Source: Alphaproteobacteria bacterium
GTDB lineage: Bacteria > Pseudomonadota > Alphaproteobacteria > Micavibrionales > Micavibrionaceae
Direction: 5' to 3'
DNA: 64,000 bases
Assembly: GCA_023384135.1 (NCBI GenBank)
Contig: JAHDXS010000001.1
Location: forward strand, 965,878 to 1,029,877
The notes under the pieces are model-generated. The model searched no databases. It was not told where the DNA came from and worked only from the letters and a program-made list of their open reading frames with translations. The first letter of the stretch is position 1. Every line of letters starts with the position of its first letter. Positions 48,183-58,603 of this stretch are shown here, one piece after another. Made by a program: the position numbers and the translations under genes.

Positions 48183-49142
48183 GTGACGATCAGGCAAAGC
48201 TTCAACGATCAAAGCTTTATGAAAATGATCCTGGATTGGCTGAACAAGCTGATGCAGTCAGACGGCGCGCAGGCTGAAGAAACCTCCGAAAACGAAGACG
48301 GCGAAGCCCCGGAAGGCGAGGAAGCCCCCAACGATGACGGCGACACACCCGAGGCGCCCGAGCCCGAAGGCGACACGATGCTCGCTGGAAACAACACGGA
48401 ATGGACCAACGGCCTGATGACCCTGCTGTTCGGCGGCCTCGCCCCGACCGCTGCCGCCACGGCCACGCAAACCAGCCTGCCCGCAACCACCGCGCACCCC
48501 GAAACATCGCCCGATCAAAACGCGTTCCGCTTCCAGAGCGGCGCGTCGCAAACCCCGACCACAGTAACGGGAGCGACCATACAAGCACCCAACACCACCG
48601 CCGTTTTCTGGGGGGATTCCATAGCGCACGGCATGGCGACCAGCCTCCAGCCCGGCACGTTCAATAACGTCGTCAATCTGGGCACCCCCGGCGCGGGCTT
48701 CCTCACCTCCATCAAGCCGCAGGCCGTCACGAACGTGCCCGCCGGCTCCGTCGCCGTGATTTATTTCGGCACAAACGATGTCGCCTCCCTGATGGGCCAA
48801 TCCGATGCGCAGATCGAGGCCTACGCGCGCCGCGTGATCGAGGTCGCGCAGCAGATGAAGGCGCAGGGCGCCGAACCCGTCATTCTCGGCCTCAACGCCC
48901 CCAAGGGCGCCTACACGGGCGGCAGCGCCGCGTGGCGTCAGGAAGGCTTCGTCGATCGCTGGACCGCGACGATGGAGCGCGTGAACGAAGAATACCGCCA
49001 GCAGGCCGAAGCCGCAGGCATAAGATACGCCGCAACGGACGCGCAGATCACCGCCGCGCAGATCAGCACCGACAACCTCCACCTCACGGCGGACGGCAGC
49101 CGCATGATGGCGAATATCGGGGTTCAGGCCTTAAAAAGCTGA
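48183..49142 (+). CDS. SGNH/GDSL-hydrolase-domain protein with acidic N-terminal region
   Basis: FWGDSIAHG (block I) and DNLHLT (block V). Confidence 0.6.
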   Translation: MTIRQSFNDQSFMKMILDWLNKLMQSDGAQAEETSENEDGEAPEGEEAPNDDGDTPEAPEPEGDTMLAGNNTEWTNGLMTLLFGGLAPTAAATATQTSLPATTAHPETSPDQNAFRFQSGASQTPTTVTGATIQAPNTTAVFWGDSIAHGMATSLQPGTFNNVVNLGTPGAGFLTSIKPQAVTNVPAGSVAVIYFGTNDVASLMGQSDAQIEAYARRVIEVAQQMKAQGAEPVILGLNAPKGAYTGGSAAWRQEGFVDRWTATMERVNEEYRQQAEAAGIRYAATDAQITAAQISTDNLHLTADGSRMMANIGVQALKS

Positions 49143-49159
49143 GATTGCATGAGTAAGCG

Positions 49160-50002
49160 ATGCTGATTCACCGCCTTGTCGATCTCTTCAAGCGATACGT
49201 CTCCCCCTCGCCCGATCCGATGCTTCAGATCAGTCACGCCGCGAGCGTCGCGATCGTCGATGTCGGCAAAGCCGCAGGCGATTTCTGCACCACCAACAAA
49301 ACCAAGATCAGCGGCGCCCTCTCGGCGGTCAGCAGCGTCGCGCTGGGCTACGAAGGTGTGCGCTCAGGAAACCCGGCCCTGATCATCGCGGCAGGCGCGG
49401 CTCTGAGCGCCGACGCCATCCTGATGCGCTACGGCGATCCGATCCGGGGCCGGGACGAACACAATCCGCAGGATAAAGAATTCGAATGGAAAGACGCGAC
49501 GAACATCAAGGACTACCCCCACGAAACCTCGACCATCGGCTACACGCTCCAAAGCGCCGTTATGACCGCCGCCGACTTCACGAGCGGAAATATCAACAGC
49601 TCGATGGGTTATCTCGCAGCGGGCGCCTCCGACCTGATGGGCAGCGCAATCACCTTCTTCGTCCGCGAAAAGGAAAACCCGACCGAAAAATTCAAAAATG
49701 CCGTGCTGAACCTCCCCGGCATCAAACAGATCGCCAACCTCGCCGAAACCCGCACGAACCTTGCCGCCGGAATGATTTCCGTCTCCGGCCTCGCCTACCT
49801 CACCCTCTCTGACCTCGCCAAAAACAACTGGAGCGTCGAGACCAGCGCCCCCATCCTGACCTTCAGCTTCGCAACGCTCGGCTCGGAAGTCTTCTACTGG
49901 TTTGCGGAAAAACGCGGCCACGTGCGCGAGGAGTTGGAGGAAAAGGGCATAATCGACGAGGACATCAGCCTCGATGCCCCCGACATAGCACCGGATCTTT
50001 AA
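49160..50002 (+). CDS. hypothetical protein (280 aa)
   Basis: ORF only. Confidence 0.45.
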   Translation: MLIHRLVDLFKRYVSPSPDPMLQISHAASVAIVDVGKAAGDFCTTNKTKISGALSAVSSVALGYEGVRSGNPALIIAAGAALSADAILMRYGDPIRGRDEHNPQDKEFEWKDATNIKDYPHETSTIGYTLQSAVMTAADFTSGNINSSMGYLAAGASDLMGSAITFFVREKENPTEKFKNAVLNLPGIKQIANLAETRTNLAAGMISVSGLAYLTLSDLAKNNWSVETSAPILTFSFATLGSEVFYWFAEKRGHVREELEEKGIIDEDISLDAPDIAPDL

Positions 50003-50865
50003 GAGTCTGTCTTGCGTTCGGACCGCCGCCACTTCAGCAATCTTCGCCACGTCCCCACATCGCTCCAATCCACATCCATTTCACGCGCGTAACACGAAGA
50101 CGCCTTTTCCATCACGGCGTAATCGACTGAAATAGATTCAATTTCTGAATAACGCACCCGATTCAGCTGAAAAATATTATTTTTTTCATCGCGCGACTCG
50201 TATGCGCGCAGACACGATTGATAAAGATCGGGCGAAACCCGCTCCAGCTCCTTCAGAAAAATCCCGGGCCGCGTCAGGAACATCCCCGTATTCCACAGGC
50301 AATTCCCCCCATCCATAAGCGCCAGCGCCCGGGCCGCATCCGGCTTTTCAACAAATGCGAGCACAGGGCGGCACGCTCCCGGCGCAGTCGGATCGGTGAC
50401 GATATAGCCGTAAGACGTTTCCGGCTCCGTCGGCTTCACGCCCAGCAGCACCATATGCTCGATCGTATAGGCCATGGATTCGATCACCGCCTTCTCGAAC
50501 GCCCGCACGTTTTTCAAAACATGATCGCTCGGCAGCACCAGCATCAAAAGCCCCTGCCCCTTGAGATGAAACGCCGCCATGGCGATGGCCGCCGCCGTGT
50601 TCCGGTGTGCGGGCTCCGCAATGATCGTGCGCGGCTCAGTCTTGATATGCGTGAGATCGCGCTCGGCGAGTGCCCGGTATTCCTCGTGACAGACAATCAC
50701 AGGCGGCGCGAAGCACCGCGCACGCAAAACGGTGCGCTGGAAAAACGACAACCCCGTACGCAGGGAAAGAAAGGGCTTGGGCCGCTGGGCGTTTGTAAGC
50801 GGCCACAGCCGCCGCCCCCGCCCGCCCGCAAGAATGACGGGCACGATCTCAGGCCGCGAGGTCAT
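49999..50865 (-). CDS. mannose-1-phosphate guanylyltransferase (nucleotidyltransferase domain only)
   Basis: VPVILAGGRGRRLWPLT. Overlaps fcl. Confidence 0.8.
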   Translation of the reverse strand: MTSRPEIVPVILAGGRGRRLWPLTNAQRPKPFLSLRTGLSFFQRTVLRARCFAPPVIVCHEEYRALAERDLTHIKTEPRTIIAEPAHRNTAAAIAMAAFHLKGQGLLMLVLPSDHVLKNVRAFEKAVIESMAYTIEHMVLLGVKPTEPETSYGYIVTDPTAPGACRPVLAFVEKPDAARALALMDGGNCLWNTGMFLTRPGIFLKELERVSPDLYQSCLRAYESRDEKNNIFQLNRVRYSEIESISVDYAVMEKASSCYAREMDVDWSDVGTWRRLLKWRRSERKTDS

Positions 50866-51817
50866 GCGCCCCCCGCGCGAGATAATCCGCGTACGCCCGC
50901 TTCAACCCGTCATCAAGCGAAGTCGCGGGCCGCCACCCCGCCGAAAAAATCCGTGAACTGTCCATGACTTTACGGAGTACACCTTCCGGCTTGGTCGTGT
51001 CAAATTCAACCCACCCCTTGCATCCGACGCAATCGGCTATCTTTTCGGCCAATTCTGAAATAGGCGTTTCAACCCCGCTCCCTACATTCACCGGCCCCGC
51101 GCCGGAATAATGCTTGAGCAGGAACACCAGCGCATCGGCCAGATCGTCCACGTAAAGAAATTCCCGCAGCGCCTGCCCGCTCCCCCACACGCGCAGAGGC
51201 GCTCCCGCGAACTTCGCCGCATGCGCCTTAAGGATCAGCGCCGGAATAACATGCGAGCGCGTGGCATCATAACGGTCGCCCGGCCCATAGAGATTGCACG
51301 GCATGGCGGAGATAAAATCGCAGCCATATTGGGCGCGGTAATAGGCCGCCATCTTCACCCCGGCGATTTTCGCCAAAGCATACGCCTCGTTCGTCGGCTC
51401 CAGCGCTCCACCGAGCAGGGAATCTTCCGCCATCGGCTGCGCCGCGTCCTGGGGATAGATGCACGAGGAACCGAGATACAGCAACCGACCCACACCCGCC
51501 TGATAGGCCGCATGAATGACGTTCACGGTGATCATCATGTTGTCATAAAAAAAATCCGCCGGATGCAGGGCATTATCCAGAATACCCCCGACCCGAGCCG
51601 CGCAGAGAACGACAACCTCCGGCCTGTTCCGCGCCATCCACGCACCAACCGCCACCTGATCGCGCAGATCCAGCGCCTCCCTTGGCGCGGAAATAAGTTG
51701 CACGTTTTCGGATTGCAGCCTTCGCACCAGCGCCGAGCCGACCATCCCGGTCTCGCCCGCCACAAAGACGCGCTTGCCCGCCAGCGTGAAGGGAACGCTC
51801 AGCCAGTCATTTTCCAT
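50849..51817 (-). CDS. fcl: GDP-L-fucose synthase
   Basis: VFVAGETGMVGSAL, YxxxK (YALAKIAG), characteristic length. Confidence 0.88.
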   Translation of the reverse strand: MENDWLSVPFTLAGKRVFVAGETGMVGSALVRRLQSENVQLISAPREALDLRDQVAVGAWMARNRPEVVVLCAARVGGILDNALHPADFFYDNMMITVNVIHAAYQAGVGRLLYLGSSCIYPQDAAQPMAEDSLLGGALEPTNEAYALAKIAGVKMAAYYRAQYGCDFISAMPCNLYGPGDRYDATRSHVIPALILKAHAAKFAGAPLRVWGSGQALREFLYVDDLADALVFLLKHYSGAGPVNVGSGVETPISELAEKIADCVGCKGWVEFDTTKPEGVLRKVMDSSRIFSAGWRPATSLDDGLKRAYADYLARGAHDLAA

Positions 51818-52881
51818 ACGGAATCTCCCCCGGCCTCCCGCCAGAGCAGCGCCCGGTCGGCATTGACCATATCGGCCACCAGATCGTCGAAATAATATTT
51901 GGGCAGCCAGTTCAGCGCATCCTGCGCCTTCCGCGCATTGCCGAGCAGATGGTTGACCTCCTTCGGCCGGAACAGCGCCGGGTCGATGGAAACAAGCAAC
52001 CGCCCGGTGCGCTTGTCGCGCCCCGTCTCCTCAACGCCCTGCCCGCTCCAGACGACGGTCGTGCCGATCTGCGCGAAGGCCCGCTCCACGAATTCCCGCA
52101 CCGAATGGGCCTGCCCGGTTGCCAAAACGTAATCGTCCGCCTTCTCCTGCCGCAGCATCAGCCACATCCCCTCCACGTAATCCCGCGCATGGCCCCAGTC
52201 GCGCATCGATTCAAGATTACCGAGCGTCAAAACCTCGCGCGATCCGCCCTCGATGGCCGCCACCGCCTTGGTGATCTTGCGGGTGACGAAATCCTCGCCC
52301 CGCGCCGGGCTTTCATGGTTGAAGAGAATGCCGTTGGAGGCATGGATTCCATAAGCGTCGCGGTACGTCTTCACCAGCCAGTACGCCGCCAGCTTCGCCA
52401 CACCGTAAGGGCTGCACGGCTGGAACGGCGTATTCTCATCCTGCGGCGCGGGCGCGCTGCCGAACATTTCCGATGACGACGCCTGATACATCCGCACCGA
52501 TTTTTCCATATCCAGAATCCGGATCGCCTCAAGGATCGCGAGCGTCCCCTTGGTGTTGATCTCCATCGTCACCGCCGGGGTCTTGAAACTCACCGCCACA
52601 TGCGAAAGCGCGGCCAGGTTATAGATTTCGTCGGGCTTGATCGCCTTGATCAGCGCGGTCACGGCCTGCGCGTCGGTCACATCGCCCTGATGCAGCGTCA
52701 GCGCGGCATCGGTCAGGCCCAGCGCCTCAAGCCGCTTCAACCCATCGGCGGGGTCCATATAACTGTCCCACCGGACAAGCCCGTGAACTTTATAACCTTT
52801 GCGGATCAGGAACTCAGCAAGATATCCCCCATCCTGCCCGGCGATGCCGGTGATGAGGGCCGTTTTTTTCGCGCCGAACAT
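51799..52881 (-). CDS. gmd: GDP-mannose 4,6-dehydratase; start at MFGAKK
   Basis: ALITGIAGQDGGYLAEFLIRKGYKVHG, YGVAKLAAYW. Confidence 0.9.
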   Translation of the reverse strand: MFGAKKTALITGIAGQDGGYLAEFLIRKGYKVHGLVRWDSYMDPADGLKRLEALGLTDAALTLHQGDVTDAQAVTALIKAIKPDEIYNLAALSHVAVSFKTPAVTMEINTKGTLAILEAIRILDMEKSVRMYQASSSEMFGSAPAPQDENTPFQPCSPYGVAKLAAYWLVKTYRDAYGIHASNGILFNHESPARGEDFVTRKITKAVAAIEGGSREVLTLGNLESMRDWGHARDYVEGMWLMLRQEKADDYVLATGQAHSVREFVERAFAQIGTTVVWSGQGVEETGRDKRTGRLLVSIDPALFRPKEVNHLLGNARKAQDALNWLPKYYFDDLVADMVNADRALLWREAGGDSVWKMTG

Positions 52882-52999
52882 GAGCGTCTCTCCCCACGGA
52901 TGCATGCTGCGAAAACACATTGCATGATCTGTGCCAGAAAAACAAACGAAACAAAATGATTAGAGAAAAAACTTAAAGCGATAAGTCAGAAATAAAAAC

Positions 53000-53506
53000 C
53001 TAACCCCTGACCTTCTGAAGAATCATATAACCAACTCCATAGGCATTAGATCCAAGGAATACAACGGCAAAAATAGCAAAAAGAATTTGCACCCTCGCGT
53101 AAAGCATCCAAACGCCACAAAGAAAACCAATTACTAAAAATAACTCAATAAAAACAAGCGTTCGCAGACTGTATATTTTAGCTCCACGTTCGTAAGCCTC
53201 AGCCTTGTTTAATTTTTCATAGGATTTTTCCATGTCATTTGTTGCGTATTTTACCCAACAAAAATACCAGAGCCAAAGAATCGGCAAAAAAGCCAGACTA
53301 AACTGCAATCCAAAGACAGGCGGAAACACGAAGGCAAGAAGTATTGAAGTGAAATAAGTTCTTCGTAAAAAGCGCTCTAAGCGTTCTTTTTTTGCAAATG
53401 TTGGCAAGATATAACCAGTCGAAGTAATACCCCAAGGATAAAAGATAATTTTTCCTTCAAAGTCGTTTTTAAAATGTGAGCTAGCAAGATTACTTATAAA
53501 ACCCAT
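53000..53506 (-). CDS. small membrane protein, paralog A (AT-rich copy)
   Basis: MGFISNLASSHFKNDFEGKIIFYPWGI...GYMILQKVRG. Three TM helices. Confidence 0.5.
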   Translation of the reverse strand: MGFISNLASSHFKNDFEGKIIFYPWGITSTGYILPTFAKKERLERFLRRTYFTSILLAFVFPPVFGLQFSLAFLPILWLWYFCWVKYATNDMEKSYEKLNKAEAYERGAKIYSLRTLVFIELFLVIGFLCGVWMLYARVQILFAIFAVVFLGSNAYGVGYMILQKVRG

Positions 53507-53517
53507 ACCAAAAAACC

Positions 53518-54024
53518 CTAACCCCGAACCTTCTGCAAAATCATATACCCGATCGCCAACGCCGCCGCGCCGAACAACAGGATACAGAGAACGGGCATAA
53601 ATAGCGGCTCCCCCTCCACGATCATCCAAACCCCGATCGCGACGAACGCGATCGCGCACACCTCAAGAATAATCAGGGTCGGCAGATTATGCGCCTTGGC
53701 CGAGCTTTGATAGGATTCCGCCACTGTGATGGCCTCGAACGAGCGCTCCAGCCCCCGGGTCGTGCGATAGACCCACAGCGTAAACAACACGATATAAACC
53801 GGAACCAAAATGAAATTGAGCCACGCCCCCACCGCGATCTGGATGATGATAATCGCGGGCAGCATGATCATATAGTTGAGCTTGAGCGCCCCGCGCAGCT
53901 TCTCCTCCTCCGCCACCGTGCGCAGGATATACCCCTTGCCCATGATCCCCCACGGGTAAAAAACGCTGTTCCCCGCCGCATCCTTCTTGAATGAACCGCT
54001 GACCAGCCCGTCGAAATACCCCAT
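53518..54024 (-). CDS. small membrane protein, paralog B (GC-rich copy)
   Basis: MGYFDGLVSGSFKKDAAGNSVFYPWGI...GYMILQKVRG. Confidence 0.55.
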   Translation of the reverse strand: MGYFDGLVSGSFKKDAAGNSVFYPWGIMGKGYILRTVAEEEKLRGALKLNYMIMLPAIIIIQIAVGAWLNFILVPVYIVLFTLWVYRTTRGLERSFEAITVAESYQSSAKAHNLPTLIILEVCAIAFVAIGVWMIVEGEPLFMPVLCILLFGAAALAIGYMILQKVRG

Positions 54025-54051
54025 AATCCTATCCCTTAGATATTTGAACCG

Positions 54052-54540
54052 TTAAAAATCCAACATTTTAAACTTTTCTAATACATTCCCCAGTGTCTTA
54101 AGACCCGGACTTTCAATATCCCGCTCAAGACATCCATCAAGCATGGCCTGCGAAACACGGACTAATTCTGAATAAAAAGCACTAACGTCTGCATGTTGAA
54201 CACCGCCAACCCTTGCCTCCCTCACAGGCTTGTGACACTCCAGAACACACTCAAACTCAAGAGTTTTAGAATCTAACTGCTTGAAATACACCAAGCGACG
54301 AACCTCGTCATCAAAACACATAAAATCCATTATTCCGGCCTGAACTTCTCCCTTAATAAGTTGGGAGAAATTGAGCATCCAAAACCCCAAGGGCATCACG
54401 GGATAATCCACCCAAGCCCTTTCTGGAAACTGATACTCCCCCCAATCTAAATAAAGCGGCGCCGTGATCGTACCGCTCCCCCCTCCGGGCTCGCTTTGAT
54501 GAAGCTTGCCGGGATCAAGATAAATTTGGAAAAATCCCAA
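54052..54540 (-). CDS. AT-rich hypothetical protein (162 aa)
   Basis: ORF tightly packed between the desaturase and the paralog genes. Confidence 0.45.
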   Translation of the reverse strand: MGFFQIYLDPGKLHQSEPGGGSGTITAPLYLDWGEYQFPERAWVDYPVMPLGFWMLNFSQLIKGEVQAGIMDFMCFDDEVRRLVYFKQLDSKTLEFECVLECHKPVREARVGGVQHADVSAFYSELVRVSQAMLDGCLERDIESPGLKTLGNVLEKFKMLDF

Positions 54541-54543
54541 AGC

Positions 54544-55515
54544 TTAGCCCGCCTTCCTTTTCCCTATTCCCGTCGCTTTCGCCCTGAATTCCTTGCGCTT
54601 CTCTTTGCTCAGGAACGGCCAGAGCAGCTGATGCGTGAATTTCGCGGGCATGAACTCGCCGATCCCGATATCGGCGGGCGGGCGGCGGTCCTGCGGGTTG
54701 ATATAGGTGCCAAACAGCATGTCCCAGATCACGACGTTCTCACCGTAATTCTTGTTGCCCTCCCGGATGTCGCGGCTATGGTGCCAGCGGTGCAGCCCCG
54801 GCGTATTAAAGACATAGGAAATCCAGCCGAACCGCATCTCGACGTTACAATGCGTCAGCATCCCGATAAACGCCGTAACGGCGGAAAGCCATTGCAGCAC
54901 CTCCATCGGCGCACCCAAAAGCGCCAGCGGGATCATCCCCATCAGCACGCGGTAAAGACTGTCCATGAAATGAAAGCGCCCGGTATTGACGAACCACAGC
55001 CGCGTCACGCTGTGATGCACGGCGTGAAACCGCCAGAGAACGGGAATCTCGTGCGCCGTGCGGTGCGACCAGTAACACATGAACTCCGCGATCACGACCG
55101 CAAATGCCACCTGAAAAAACATCGGCCAGCCGCGCGGCCACAGCTCCGCCCCGAAAATTCCATAACCGTCCGCCGTCGCGGGCCTGAAAATCTCGGTCAG
55201 CCCGATGACCCCGGCGAACAGGAACAACGTATGCACCGTCCCCTTGGTCGTCAGCGTATGCGCGATATCGGCGAAGGTCTGCCCGTCCGGCTCCTGCCAT
55301 TCACGCTCATGCGGCATAAATCGCTCAAGGAAAAAAAGACTGAGTATCAAAAGGATATAAGAGAATATGAAAGCGGTCATCGGCGCACCGAACGCAAACC
55401 CGATCCCCGTCAGGGTCATGCACAGCGCAAACAGCCCCGGCCACGCAACCCAAGAGAGATAATATTTCAGCGCAGACTCGTCGTTCTGCGGCAATATCTG
55501 TGTTGAATTGTCCAT
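54544..55515 (-). CDS. sterol desaturase / fatty-acid hydroxylase superfamily protein
   Basis: His boxes HRTAH, HAVHH, HRWHH with 4 TM helices. Confidence 0.8.
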   Translation of the reverse strand: MDNSTQILPQNDESALKYYLSWVAWPGLFALCMTLTGIGFAFGAPMTAFIFSYILLILSLFFLERFMPHEREWQEPDGQTFADIAHTLTTKGTVHTLFLFAGVIGLTEIFRPATADGYGIFGAELWPRGWPMFFQVAFAVVIAEFMCYWSHRTAHEIPVLWRFHAVHHSVTRLWFVNTGRFHFMDSLYRVLMGMIPLALLGAPMEVLQWLSAVTAFIGMLTHCNVEMRFGWISYVFNTPGLHRWHHSRDIREGNKNYGENVVIWDMLFGTYINPQDRRPPADIGIGEFMPAKFTHQLLWPFLSKEKRKEFRAKATGIGKRKAG

Positions 55516-55737
55516 CTTTACGCCCTCACCGAAGGTTTAAATCGCCTCTTTTATAACACGCCAAAAGCAACCCTGCATGCATCGGATAATCCGCAAGCGC
55601 CGCACCTGTGGAATAAACCGGTCAAAGTTTTTTATAACTCAAAATACGATACGAACCGATATTTTATAAAAAAATTTAATTTATTTGTTTTGTTCAAGCA
55701 TGTTAGGAAAAAAATATTCTCTGAAAACCCGTTTGCA

Positions 55738-56241
55738 TCATTCAACAGGGGCGGCGGGCGGACTTATCCCCTGCCCCGGCGCTGGCGCCCCCAATTCAGC
55801 CGGCGGTGCCGGCAAGGGTGACCCGTCCAGCTTCTGCGTGTGCGGATCGACGCCCAGAATTTGCGCGAACACGATCTTGAGCTGCTGCATGACCGTCAGC
55901 TTTTCCATTAGATAATCTCCGCTGCCGCACTCCATTTTCTTCTCAGTCAGCCGCGCGGTCATCGCCTCGAACGATTTGGCGCGGACATTTTCAAGCCCCG
56001 CCTTGCGCTCCGCGCTTTCCGCCTCGCCATAGCGCGTGATAACCCCCGCACCCAGCCCGTCCTCACCCTTGCAGAAAACATTATAGGCATCGACCTGCGC
56101 CGCCAGCCGCACCGTCTCCTTGAGCGGATCGGCCACCGGAGCCGCTTCCGGCACGGGCGCAGGTGCAGCCGCGAACGCCTCCGCCCCGCAAAACGCGAAC
56201 AGACAAAAAGAAAAAATCTGAATTGTTCTCAGAAAAACCAT
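55738..56241 (-). CDS. secreted hypothetical protein
   Basis: Signal peptide. Ala/Pro-rich ends. Confidence 0.45.
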   Translation of the reverse strand: MVFLRTIQIFSFCLFAFCGAEAFAAAPAPVPEAAPVADPLKETVRLAAQVDAYNVFCKGEDGLGAGVITRYGEAESAERKAGLENVRAKSFEAMTARLTEKKMECGSGDYLMEKLTVMQQLKIVFAQILGVDPHTQKLDGSPLPAPPAELGAPAPGQGISPPAAPVE

Positions 56242-56391
56242 GCGAAAACCCCTTGCCAGCCCAAGAATACAGCCAAAATCCGCCCCTGAAAACGAAAAAG
56301 CGCCAGAAAAATCCGGACGAAGAGCGTTTAGATTGAACTATGAACGAGGAGTGAAGTGAACAAACCGTGCATAAGCGACGAGTGAAGCGGG

Positions 56392-57435
56392 TCAATCTAA
56401 ACGATCAAAGCCCGAAGCCCGCGCGGCCCTGCGCAAGCGGTCGTTGATGGCAATGCCCAGCCCCGTCTTGGGAATATTCATAACGGCAATCGCCTTATGT
56501 TCGGGCCGGTCCAGCGCCCGCATCATGGAGAATAAATTCGCCGCCGCCTCGTGCAGATCGCCCGCCTCGCTGAGATTGCGCAGGGAATCCTCCGGCAGAT
56601 CCTTCGCCGCCCCGCCGCCGCGTATGCCCATGAATTTGATCGGCCCGAACGCCAGCAGCGCCTCGCCGGGCAAAAGGTCGATCGCGTTGATCCGCACAGG
56701 AACAGCGGGCGCGTAATGCTTTAAGGTCTGCCCCGGCGATTTCGGCGCGTCATGGTCGCCGTGGTCATAAACCACCGCGCGGCCCAGAACTTCGGAAAGC
56801 TCCTCCGCCGTCACCGCGCCGGGCCGCAGGATCACAGGCGCATCTCCGGAAAGGTCAAGCACCGTGGATTCCAACCCCACCGCGCACGCCCCGGCGGCCA
56901 GAACAAGCTCAACCTCATCCCCGAACGCCTCCGCCACATGCTGGGGCGTCGTCGCGCTGAGCGAGCCGGATTTATTGGCGCTCGGCGCGGCCAGCGGCAC
57001 CCCAGCGGCTTTAATGACGGCCAGCGCCGCCTCGTGCTTGGGCACCCGCACCGCCAGCGTGGAAAGCCCTGCCCCCGCCAGATCGCTGACCGGACAACCC
57101 GCCTTGCGCGGCAGAATAAGGGTCAACGGCCCCGGCCAGAACGCCTCCGCAGCCGCCCGTGCGTCCGCGTTCATCTCCACAAGCTCCGCCGCCTGATCGA
57201 AGTTATGGCAATGAATGATAAGCGGATTGAACTGTGGCCGCCCCTTCGCGGCGAAAATCTTGGCGACTGCACCACCGTCCAGAGCGTTGGCAGCCAGCCC
57301 ATAGACCGTCTCGGTCGGCAGACCCACAAGCCCGCCGTCCTTCAGTATCCGCACGGCCTCCTCAATCCCGGCCATGTTGGGAACCATGATCCTGCTCATG
57401 CCCCGAACAAAGCCACTAACGACCGGAAAAATCAA
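56392..57435 (-). CDS. L-threonylcarbamoyladenylate synthase (Sua5/YwlC type with C-terminal domain)
   Basis: GGLVGLPTETVYGLAANA, KGRPQFNPLIIH. Start may lie at an internal Met. Confidence 0.8.
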   Translation of the reverse strand: MIFPVVSGFVRGMSRIMVPNMAGIEEAVRILKDGGLVGLPTETVYGLAANALDGGAVAKIFAAKGRPQFNPLIIHCHNFDQAAELVEMNADARAAAEAFWPGPLTLILPRKAGCPVSDLAGAGLSTLAVRVPKHEAALAVIKAAGVPLAAPSANKSGSLSATTPQHVAEAFGDEVELVLAAGACAVGLESTVLDLSGDAPVILRPGAVTAEELSEVLGRAVVYDHGDHDAPKSPGQTLKHYAPAVPVRINAIDLLPGEALLAFGPIKFMGIRGGGAAKDLPEDSLRNLSEAGDLHEAAANLFSMMRALDRPEHKAIAVMNIPKTGLGIAINDRLRRAARASGFDRLD

Positions 57436-57460
57436 GATTTATCGGTAAGGCCAGTGCCAA

Positions 57461-58549
57461 TCACTTCGTCGGCCTATACAAAACCCCGCCCGTCAGGGGC
57501 TTGCCCACCCCCGTCGTGCCGGGCTCGGTCAGCGGCAAGCCCAGCAGCGACCTTACGGCCAGATACGCAAACCCCTGCGCTTCGATCGCATCACCGTCCC
57601 AGCCCAGCGCCTCCACAGGCGCGAGCGGAGCGCCCAGAGCCGCGCCCAGCCTTTGCATCATATAAGCATTGCGCCGCCCGCCGCCCGTCACGTAAACCGC
57701 CCCGGGCGCCGACGGACACAAGGAAAACCCCGTCTGAATCGACCGCACCGTAAACGCCAGCAACGTCGCCGCCCCGTCCGCGTCATCCATGTCGCTGACA
57801 TCCGCATGGCGCCACGCATCGCGGTCCAGCGACTTGGGCGGTTTGAGGGTGAAATACGAATGCGCCAGCCAGCGCGCAATCCGCGCATCATCCGCCCGCC
57901 CCGCCGCCGCAAGCCGCCCGCCCTCGTCATAGGGCCGCCCGGTACGTTCAAAAGTGAAATCATCCATCAGCGCATTCCCCGGCCCGCAATCGAACGCCAG
58001 AATCTCAGCCTTCCCGATCCATGTGATGTTAGAGACACCGCCAATATTTAAAACGGCCATCGGCTTGGCCAAATCATGCGCAAGCGCCCGGTGATAAAGG
58101 GGAAGAAGCGGCGCACCCTGCCCGCCCGCCTGCACGTCCGCCACACGCATCTGCCCAACAACCGGAATTCCGCACGCATCGGCCAGCGCCTGCGCGTCCC
58201 CGATCTGCCACGTAAACCGCGCAGCGGGATCGTGAAAAATCGTTTGCCCGTGGAACCCGGCGACATCAACATCCTGTTTTTGTATCTTATATTTGGTCAA
58301 AAAATCAGCCAAAAAGGAAATATGCCGCTCCGTCACGATCCGCTCCGCCGCCTGCGTCTCCGGCCCCTTCTCCCGCCGACCCAAAGCCGCGCGGATCACC
58401 GCCCGGTCCGCCGCATCATAGGCATAGCCCTCGGACACCAGCGGGCGCACAATCCCCTCCCCATCGGTCTCGATCAGGGCGATATCTGCGCCGTCGAATG
58501 AAGTTCCTGACATAAGTCCAATTGCGCGATGGATTTTTTTCTGTATCAT
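57461..58549 (-). CDS. anmK: anhydro-N-acetylmuramic acid kinase
   Basis: [16 protein letters not shown]. Length 362 aa. Divergent from tyrS as in many Proteobacteria. Confidence 0.88.
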   Translation of the reverse strand: MIQKKIHRAIGLMSGTSFDGADIALIETDGEGIVRPLVSEGYAYDAADRAVIRAALGRREKGPETQAAERIVTERHISFLADFLTKYKIQKQDVDVAGFHGQTIFHDPAARFTWQIGDAQALADACGIPVVGQMRVADVQAGGQGAPLLPLYHRALAHDLAKPMAVLNIGGVSNITWIGKAEILAFDCGPGNALMDDFTFERTGRPYDEGGRLAAAGRADDARIARWLAHSYFTLKPPKSLDRDAWRHADVSDMDDADGAATLLAFTVRSIQTGFSLCPSAPGAVYVTGGGRRNAYMMQRLGAALGAPLAPVEALGWDGDAIEAQGFAYLAVRSLLGLPLTEPGTTGVGKPLTGGVLYRPTK

Positions 58550-58603
58550 GTGGGGCGGTTATCCGTTTTGAGGCGGCGCATGGCATTTTGCGCCAATCGT
58601 ATT

